A stretch of DNA of 32,558 nt, from positions 1 to 32,558 of the forward strand of contig JBFRWI010000078.1 of assembly GCA_051439505.1 (NCBI GenBank), given 5' to 3'. The notes under the pieces are model-generated. The model made no database searches. It was not told the DNA's origin and saw only the letters and a program-made list of their open reading frames with translations. This DNA is from Hormoscilla sp. Its GTDB lineage: Bacteria > Cyanobacteriota > Cyanobacteriia > Cyanobacteriales > Desertifilaceae. Of this stretch, positions 27,703 to 32,558 are shown piece after piece (position 1 is the first letter of the stretch; the number at the start of each line of letters is the position of its first letter). The translations under genes were made by a program, and so were the position numbers.

Positions 27703-28908
27703 ATGCCATCCCCAAAATATGCTCTCGTCCATGAATGGTTAACTCCGACAGCTACTGGCGGTTCGGAACTGGTCGTTAAAGAAATCCTCAAGCATATTGA
27801 TGCTGACCTTTATGCTTTGATCGACTTTGAATCCACCAATCCTGACAGCTATCTATTCCAGCGTAAAATTGGCACCACGTTTCTGCAACATTTTCCCCTG
27901 GCCCGTAAAGGCGTTCAGAAATATTTGCCCCTTTTACCGATCGCGATCGAACAGCTAGACTTACGGGAGTATGATGTCATTCTCTCCTCTGCCCACGCAG
28001 TTGCCAAGGGGGTTCTCACTCTTCCCCAGCAACTGCACATCTGCTACTGCCATACTCCCATGCGCTATGCTTGGGATTTAACCTTCGATTACCTGAACAA
28101 TAGTCCGGCAGGTAAGGGAATTCCAGGGATTCTCTCCCGGTATATACTACACAGACTACGCCAGTGGGACGCGATCTCCGCTAATCGAGTGGATTATTTT
28201 ATCGCTAACTCCCAACATACAGCCAGACGAATTTGGCGTTGCTACCGGCGTCAGGCGGAGGTGATTTACCCCCCTGTTAATATAGAAAGATTTCCTTTTC
28301 AGACAGAAAAACAAGATTATTATCTCACCGTTTCCCGACTGGTCAGCTACAAGCAGGTATCTGTAATTGTGCAAGCCTTCAATCAGTTGGAACGCCCCTT
28401 GGTGGTAGTCGGTACGGGACCGGAATTGGGACGCCTGCGCCAGCTGGCTAAACCGAACGTGCAGTTGCTGGGGACCCAACCCGATCGGGTGGTGGAAAAG
28501 TACATGGCCAATGCGAAAGCTTTCGTCTATGCTGCCTGTGAGGACTTTGGCATGGCCCTGGTGGAAGCACAAGCCTGTGGCACGCCAGTTATTGCCTATG
28601 GTGCTGGGGGGGCCCTGGAGACAGTCCGAGATCTGCGGCAACACCCGGATGGGGGTACGGGTTTATTTTTTGCCGCCCAGACAGGGGCGTCCTTGGTGGA
28701 GGCCGTGAAAATATTCGAGCAGTCCAGGGGCCAACTGCATCCCGAAATCGCCCGATCGCGTGCCGCCCAGTTTGACGCCAAAGCCTTTGAACAAAGCTAC
28801 CTAGCTTTTGTGGAACGCTGCTATCATGACTTTCAATCTCGTCAGAACTCCCGGGGTGCCTTACCCCCTGACCCCCTTATCCTGCCAACCGATGGTGATT
28901 GGGGGTAA
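27703..28908 (+). CDS. Glycosyltransferase family 4
   Basis: ALVHEWL..GGSE, CHTPMRYAW, RLVSYK, EDFGMALVEAQACGTPV. ATG 27703 is preferred over the TTG inside the repeat. Confidence 0.94.
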   Translation: MPSPKYALVHEWLTPTATGGSELVVKEILKHIDADLYALIDFESTNPDSYLFQRKIGTTFLQHFPLARKGVQKYLPLLPIAIEQLDLREYDVILSSAHAVAKGVLTLPQQLHICYCHTPMRYAWDLTFDYLNNSPAGKGIPGILSRYILHRLRQWDAISANRVDYFIANSQHTARRIWRCYRRQAEVIYPPVNIERFPFQTEKQDYYLTVSRLVSYKQVSVIVQAFNQLERPLVVVGTGPELGRLRQLAKPNVQLLGTQPDRVVEKYMANAKAFVYAACEDFGMALVEAQACGTPVIAYGAGGALETVRDLRQHPDGGTGLFFAAQTGASLVEAVKIFEQSRGQLHPEIARSRAAQFDAKAFEQSYLAFVERCYHDFQSRQNSRGALPPDPLILPTDGDWG

Positions 28909-28955
28909 CTAGCTTTATGATGAGGACTGTGTGTGGTGTGAAATAGAGGAGTAAG

Positions 28956-29681
28956 ATGACTGCTCAAAGTCAACTCATCTCCGACAAGACCGTGCGGATG
29001 TCCGTGAAGCGCCGCTTCCGCAAGCTAGCGCTTCCAGCTAGAGAGCAACATCTGTCCGGTCTCAACGGAGATTTTTTCAAGCGCCTGTTCGATGTCCTGT
29101 TTTCACTGTCGGTTTTGATTATTTTTTCCCCGCTTTACCTGCTTTTGGGTCTGCTAATTGCCCTCAGTTCCCCAGGCTCAATTCTTTATGTCCAGGAACG
29201 GGTGGGTAAAAACTATAAAAAGTTCCGCTGTCTGAAATTTAGAACCATGGTGAAAAATGCGGACGAAATGTTAGTAGAAATGCTGTCAAGCAATCCGCAT
29301 ATTATTCAAGAATTTGAGGAGAATTTCAAACTAAAACAAGATCCGAGAATCACGAAAATTGGCAGATTTTTGCGACTGACAAGTCTGGACGAATTTCCCC
29401 AATTTTGGAATGTGTTGATTGGAGATATGAGTGTGGTGGGTCCGCGACCTTTAGTGGTACAGGAACTGCCAAAATACGGTAAGCATATCGACAAGGTTCT
29501 GACTATCCGCCCGGGAATTACTGGACTGTGGCAGGTGTCAGGACGCAATGACATCCCCTATCCCCGCAGAATTCAGATCGACCTTTACTATGTGAATTTC
29601 AAAAATTTCTGGATGGACCTGTGGATAATCGTGAAGACGATCGGGGTTGTCATTTTTCCCAAAAACAACGGGGCCTACTAA
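28956..29681 (+). CDS. Bacterial sugar transferase (polyprenyl-phosphate phosphoglycosyl transferase)
   Basis: KRLFD, KFRTM, DPRITKIGRFLRLTSLDEFPQFWNVLIGDMSVVGPRP, PGITGLWQVSGRN. Confidence 0.95.
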   Translation: MTAQSQLISDKTVRMSVKRRFRKLALPAREQHLSGLNGDFFKRLFDVLFSLSVLIIFSPLYLLLGLLIALSSPGSILYVQERVGKNYKKFRCLKFRTMVKNADEMLVEMLSSNPHIIQEFEENFKLKQDPRITKIGRFLRLTSLDEFPQFWNVLIGDMSVVGPRPLVVQELPKYGKHIDKVLTIRPGITGLWQVSGRNDIPYPRRIQIDLYYVNFKNFWMDLWIIVKTIGVVIFPKNNGAY

Positions 29682-29787
29682 GATATGATAGCATCGGCGA
29701 TCGGTCTCGGACAGCTAGAGGCGATCGATCGGATCCCAGATCCCGTTCGGGAAATTTTAGGTTAAGGTAGAGAAGTATGGTCGGGAC

Positions 29788-29829
29788 TGTGGCATTAAAG
29801 GCAGACTATCGGCACTTGTTAATGCCACA
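29788..29829. promoter_or_regulatory. Inverted repeat in the gmd leader
   Basis: TGTGGCATTAA ... TTAATGCCACA, perfect 11-bp arms. Confidence 0.45.
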
Positions 29830-29888
29830 ACCTCCTGACTCCAAATGACAACAGTTACTCGAACCCAAGTACAATCAGGAAATTGAGT

Positions 29889-30920
29889 ATGACGGAACGC
29901 AAACGGGCATTAATCACCGGCATCACTGGTCAAGACGGCTCTTATCTGAGCGAGTTTTTGCTGGAGAAAGGTTATGAGGTTCACGGTATTATTCGACGGT
30001 CTTCAACTTTTAACACCGATCGGATCGACCATATCTATGTGGACCCGCACAACGAGGAGGCGCGGTTGTTTCTCCACTACGGCGACTTAACCGATGGTAC
30101 CACCCTGCGCCGGGTATTGGAAGAAATTCAGCCAGTGGAAGTTTACAATTTGGGGGCTCAATCCCACGTGCGGGTAAGTTTTGACACTCCCGAATATACA
30201 GTTGATACTGTGGCGATGGGGACATTGCGCCTGTTGGAAGCGATCCGGGACTACCAGCACCGTACTGGGATTGAGGTGCGGTTCTATCAGGCGGGTTCTT
30301 CGGAGATGTTCGGCAAGGTACAGGAAGTGCCCCAGAAGGAGACGACTCCCTTTTATCCCCGCAGTCCCTATTCCTGTGCTAAGGTTTACGCCCATTGGCA
30401 GACAATCAACTATCGGGAATCTTACAAGCTATTTGCCTGTAATGGCATATTATTTAACCATGAATCGCCGCGTCGGGGGGAAACCTTTGTGACCCGCAAG
30501 ATTACTCGGGCTGTGGCCAAAATTGTGGCTGGCAAGCAGAAAAAACTTTACCTGGGAAATCTGGATGCCAAGCGGGACTGGGGCTATGCTAAGGACTATG
30601 TGCGGGCGATGTGGATGATGCTTCAGCAAGACCAGCCGGATGATTACGTGATCGCTACTAATGAAACTCACTCGATCCGGGAGTTTCTCGACCTGGCATT
30701 CAACTATGTCAACTTAAATTGGCAGGACTACGTGGAGTTCGATCCGCGCTATCTGCGCCCAGCGGAGGTGGATCTGTTGATTGGCGACTCGACTAAGGCG
30801 CAGCAAAAGTTAGGTTGGCAACCCTCTGTCACCTTTAAGGAGTTGGTGGAGTTAATGGTGGATGCTGATATCAAAGCCCTGGAACGGCAGGTTCCAGTTT
30901 CGGGCAATGAGTTTGATTAG
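29889..30920 (+). CDS. gmd: GDP-mannose 4,6-dehydratase
   Basis: [59 protein letters not shown]. Confidence 0.98.
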   Translation: MTERKRALITGITGQDGSYLSEFLLEKGYEVHGIIRRSSTFNTDRIDHIYVDPHNEEARLFLHYGDLTDGTTLRRVLEEIQPVEVYNLGAQSHVRVSFDTPEYTVDTVAMGTLRLLEAIRDYQHRTGIEVRFYQAGSSEMFGKVQEVPQKETTPFYPRSPYSCAKVYAHWQTINYRESYKLFACNGILFNHESPRRGETFVTRKITRAVAKIVAGKQKKLYLGNLDAKRDWGYAKDYVRAMWMMLQQDQPDDYVIATNETHSIREFLDLAFNYVNLNWQDYVEFDPRYLRPAEVDLLIGDSTKAQQKLGWQPSVTFKELVELMVDADIKALERQVPVSGNEFD

Positions 30921-30942
30921 TTGATGTTCCGGGAGGATAACA

Positions 30943-31887
30943 ATGACGGTTTTAGAGTTAAAAGAAAAACGGATTTTGGTGACGGGTGGGGCTGGTTTTC
31001 TGGGACGTCAGGTTCTAGACCAATTGACTAAGGCGGGGGCGGACCCCCAGAAGATTACTGTGCCCCGATCGCGGGACTACGACCTGCGGGAGATGGATGC
31101 CTGCCAGCGAGTGGTGCAAAATCAGGAAATTATCATTCATCTGGCAGCCCACGTGGGTGGCATCGGTCTGAACCGGGACAAGCCAGCAGAGTTATTTTAC
31201 GATAATCTGATGATGGGCACCCAGCTAATTCATGCTGCCTATCAAGCAGGGGTAGAGAAATTTGTCTGTGTGGGCAGTATCTGCGCCTATCCCAAATTCA
31301 CGCCCGTACCTTTCAAGGAAGATGACCTTTGGAATGGCTATCCGGAGGAGACCAATGCCCCCTATGGCATTGCCAAGAAAGCCTTATTAATTCAACTCCA
31401 GTCCTATCGGCAACAGTACGGTTTCAATGGCATTTTCCTATTGCCTGTAAATTTGTACGGTCCGGAGGATAACTTTGACCCCAGTAGTTCCCACGTGATT
31501 CCGGCTTTAATTCGCAAGGTACACGAGGCCCAGCAACGGGGAGATAAGACATTGCCAGTCTGGGGTGATGGCAGTCCCAGTCGCGAGTTTCTGTACTCGA
31601 CTGATGCGGCGCGGGCTATTGTCATGGCGACTCAGAAATACAATGAGTCTGACCCGGTTAATCTGGGAACCCATTATGAAATTACGATTCGCGATTTGGT
31701 AGAATTAATTTGCGAATTGATGGAATTTGATGGGGAACTTATCTGGGAAACGGATAAGCCTAATGGTCAGCCCCGGCGGTGTTTGGATACGGAACGGGCA
31801 AAGGAGAAGTTTGGCTTTACTGCCGAAATGGAGTTTAAGCAGGGGCTGAAAAATACGATCGACTGGTATCGACAGCATGCTGAGTAG
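30943..31887 (+). CDS. fcl: GDP-L-fucose synthase
   Basis: GGAGFLG, HLAAHVGGIG, YGIAK, NLYGPEDNF..SSHVIPALIRK, WGDGSPSREF; directly follows gmd. Confidence 0.96.
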   Translation: MTVLELKEKRILVTGGAGFLGRQVLDQLTKAGADPQKITVPRSRDYDLREMDACQRVVQNQEIIIHLAAHVGGIGLNRDKPAELFYDNLMMGTQLIHAAYQAGVEKFVCVGSICAYPKFTPVPFKEDDLWNGYPEETNAPYGIAKKALLIQLQSYRQQYGFNGIFLLPVNLYGPEDNFDPSSSHVIPALIRKVHEAQQRGDKTLPVWGDGSPSREFLYSTDAARAIVMATQKYNESDPVNLGTHYEITIRDLVELICELMEFDGELIWETDKPNGQPRRCLDTERAKEKFGFTAEMEFKQGLKNTIDWYRQHAE

Positions 31888-31946
31888 TTAGCCCGCCGGG
31901 GGTTCAAACCCCCGGCTAATAGCTAAAGTCGGTTAAAACCGACTAA
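31888..31946 (+). repeat. Double-hairpin dispersed repeat (possible terminator after fcl)
   Basis: GCCGGGGGTTCAAACCCCCGGC and AGTCGGTTAAAACCGACT palindromes. Confidence 0.8.
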
Positions 31947-31954
31947 TAACATTT

Positions 31955-32227
31955 TAAAATATTGCTGCTACAATTGACAGCAATTATTATTCGCTGATTT
32001 TCATCAGAACGTGCTTATGGAGAATGCTTGCCCGTAGCAGCAATGACTTTAGTTGTGGAAGCAAAGGAGATAGAACAATGTTAGCCAAAAATCCCAGATT
32101 TAATCAATTGATGGATGCAGCTAAACAACGCATCAAAGCAACAGGCGGAATTAAGCATGATGAGTTCTGGAAGCTGGTAGAACAGTCAGATACCAATAAA
32201 ATAAAAGCCCGATCGAGCCGTTCGTAG
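31955..32227 (+). pseudogene. Possible decayed Phd/YefM-like antitoxin; intact remnant ORF 32078-32227
   Basis: Segments VLMEN / PVAAMTLVVEAKEIEQ / MLAKNPRFNQLMDAAKQRIKATGGIKHDEFW need two frame changes to join, but together resemble one antitoxin-like protein. Confidence 0.4.
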
Positions 32228-32274
32228 TAAGCACTTTAGTTCTTCCCAGGCGCTTTCGCGCCTATGAACTGGTA

Positions 32275-32556
32275 TTAGCCGCCCATTTTTAACCAGTCAA
32301 ACACTTGAGCGACTGTGAGTTGCAATTCAATTTCTGGTAACATGGGTAATGGATCGTTTCCGTGCAGGAGTACGGGTTGTTGTTGGGGATAAAATACCAA
32401 AATACTCAGGTCGTCCGGATCGATGAACCAGCCTAATTTACTGCCTGCTTCCAGACAGTAGAGAATGTTGCCAATGACTTTATTAGATTGCTGTTCGGGG
32501 GAGAGGATTTCGATCGCCCAGTCTGGCGGGATCTCGAAGCGATCGGGGACTTGGCC
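32275..32556 (-). CDS. Uma2 family (PD-(D/E)XK) endonuclease, 3' part (truncated by window end)
   Basis: My translation: GQVPDRFEIPPDWAIEILSPEQQSNKVIGNILYCLEAGSKLGWFIDP...LTVAQVFDWLKMGG*. Confidence 0.9.
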   Translation of the reverse strand, partial: GQVPDRFEIPPDWAIEILSPEQQSNKVIGNILYCLEAGSKLGWFIDPDDLSILVFYPQQQPVLLHGNDPLPMLPEIELQLTVAQVFDWLKMGG

Positions 32557-32558
32557 TT

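Larger units (their letters stand above)
1..32558. repeat. HIP1 octamer GCGATCGC scattered through the window
   Basis: Examples at 3061, 4340, 12018, 14298 and 17515, among many others; typical of cyanobacteria. Confidence 0.95.

Overview
Cyanobacterial chromosome segment. HIP1 octamers (GCGATCGC) are frequent, and heptamer tandem repeats and REP/MITE-like palindromes suggest a filamentous strain. From left to right: probable 3' half of 6S RNA, ftsH, an M50 site-2 protease, a coiled-coil ORF and thrC. Next is an unusual pterin-themed cluster: Nudix hydrolase, CxxC-less TrxB-like flavoprotein, divergent EgtD-like methyltransferase, pteridine-reductase-like SDR and a non-canonical DHPS-like protein. 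It converges on a MurL-like ATP-dependent enzyme, folK and a frameshifted PhyH dioxygenase. Then comes a 7.5-kb three-gene operon encoding a dynamin-like GTPase, a giant atypical Hsp70/actin-fold ATPase and a protein with a GrpE-like C-terminus. The right side holds a GAF-LOV/PAS-PAS-GGDEF-EAL protein whose LOV cysteine is Ser, a glycosyltransferase/sugar transferase/gmd/fcl locus interrupted by orphan antitoxin-like genes and a MITE, and a partial Uma2 gene. The best candidates for undescribed systems are the dynamin-Hsp70-GrpE-like operon (13756-21261) and the modified-pterin cluster (6468-13581). All family calls come from motif recognition by eye; no database searches were run.
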